Source of the DNA: Paraspadella gotoi
Taxonomy: Eukaryota; Animalia; Chaetognatha
Direction of reading: 5' to 3'
Assembly: GCA_051294375.1 (NCBI GenBank)
Contig: JBJCIZ010000028.1
Location: 678,837 to 742,836 of the forward strand
Length of the DNA: 64,000 nucleotides
Position numbers and translations under genes: made by a program. Of the stretch, positions 62,701-64,000 are shown piece by piece. The stretch's first letter is position 1, and each line of letters starts with the position of its first letter. The notes beneath the pieces were generated by a model, which was not told the DNA's origin, searched no databases, and saw only the letters and a program-made list of their open reading frames with translations.

Positions 62701-64000
62701 TTAATTAAAAATAATTACACTTACATCCTAGACCAAATCAGGGCTACGCCTTCTACCGACAGGTGATGGCATCTAGCCATTACTATCCCTAATCACGACC
62801 AATCATTAATAAAAAAAAGGCAGAAAAAAGAGACAAAAATTAAAAATGCACATTTTTTGAGCAATAATATTTTAAGTAAAAAGTTTTATACTATTAACGT
62901 TCATTCGGGTTCTCCGGCGTCCTGCTGGAGTTTTGTACAATTCTAAAAACCAAAAAAAACTGGTTTATTTTAAATTCTATTTAAAAAAAACCGAAACCGC
63001 CTGTACGGCGAAAGGTTGGAAAGATGGGTTCGAGTGACCGAAAGTTGGTCGGAGTGGTGGCAGTTGTGGTCCTCGAGGAAGCGGCAGAAACCTCCATTTG
63101 GCTGGTCGTTGCTGTGCCTTGAAGTCATCCTTCGATTCCAGGCAGACGAGATTGGTTGAGAGGAAACCTGCTGGTGGATAAGCATCATGACGGAACTCAT
63201 CAAGAAGGTGCCTTCTCGTTCATTGAGATCGATGACCCGCCTGTTGCACACAGGTTGTCGTCGTTCTGAGAGCAGATGTCGCAGAACGACTTGGTTTGTC
63301 TCCATGAAGTCTTGCCTCGTACTCCAAGAGCTGACCGACTTTCCTGGCAACACCCTCCTGAAGCTCTTTTAATTCAAAACCTTTAAGAGAGAAAAAAGAT
63401 TTTGGATTGACATAAAAATCTTTGCCATCGCTGAATTTGTCTTTCTCTGGGCACGAATATCCCTGGAAAATTTTCCCCTTGGACTCTGGGGTATTTTCTT
63501 GAGTAGATAAACTCGAGCAGATAAACTTTTCTATGTTCCACCTGACTGGCCGTCTCTCCCCCCATGATCCACTTGAGCATTTATTCATAATTTTTTCTTG
63601 CAATTCTCATCACTCCCTATCATGTCCACCAAATAAAAACAATAAACCGAGACGCACTCCCATTATGCCTGACAGCCAAAGCAGAATGCTTCCTTCCATC
63701 TTGTCTGGGGCCCAAATGTGTGACTGGAAGTAGTCAGAAAATATATTGCTTTATCATTTATTCATGTTTTTTCTTGCAATTCTCGTGACTCATATCCTCA
63801 TATCCTCCAAAGAAATACAGCAAGCCGAGAAGCACTCCCACCATTCTTGACAGCCAAAGCAAAATGCTCCCCTCTGTCTTTTCTTTGGATAATATATGTG
63901 ACTGAAATTACTAGTTAAAGAATTTCAGTCTTATCTTTTATTTTTTGCTTTTCTGCTCCACAGCCAAAGTATGATTCGTCTTTTCTTTTCCTGCATTCTC

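Larger units (their letters stand above)
54181..64000. repeat. Cassette copy 3 (about 10.6-kb period; cleanest ORFs)
   Basis: 46676 vs 57279 and 49387 vs 60004; starts right after a 25-N gap; diverges from copy 2 after about 63898. Confidence 0.9.

Noticed and set aside
30600-64000. Firm call as a Maverick/Polinton, Helitron or virus
   Set aside because: No polymerase, integrase, ATPase, protease, capsid or Rep/helicase motif and no termini are visible; kept only as a hypothesis.

Overview
Eukaryotic (animal) genomic DNA with GC-rich exons and AT/GA-rich introns; no prokaryotic features or CRISPR arrays. The window has three zones. (1) A compact + strand housekeeping island at about 4.9-29.7 kb: TBL2, GLE1, a multi-C2H2 zinc-finger gene with COX8 nested in its third intron, IMP3 and DOLPP1. 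(2) Inside TBL2, intron 4 holds a long-TIR foldback element whose right arm is interrupted by a 2.1-kb element with the full DIRS1-type ITR plus internal complementary region (ICR) architecture but no visible RT or tyrosine recombinase. Intron 3 ends in a 56-bp array that multiplies the splice acceptor six times. (3) Both flanks (1-3.9 kb and 30.6-64 kb) carry a cassette of unrecognised minus-strand genes in at least two paralogous families with conserved motifs and intron positions; on the right it is repeated with periods of about 7.3 and 10.6 kb. Many frameshifts, several 25-N gaps and error-rich inverted copies (16.0-17.2 kb, 19.0-20.3 kb) point to long-read gap-filling artefacts, so copy numbers and frameshifts need read-level confirmation. 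Gene identities come from remembered protein motifs, not database searches.
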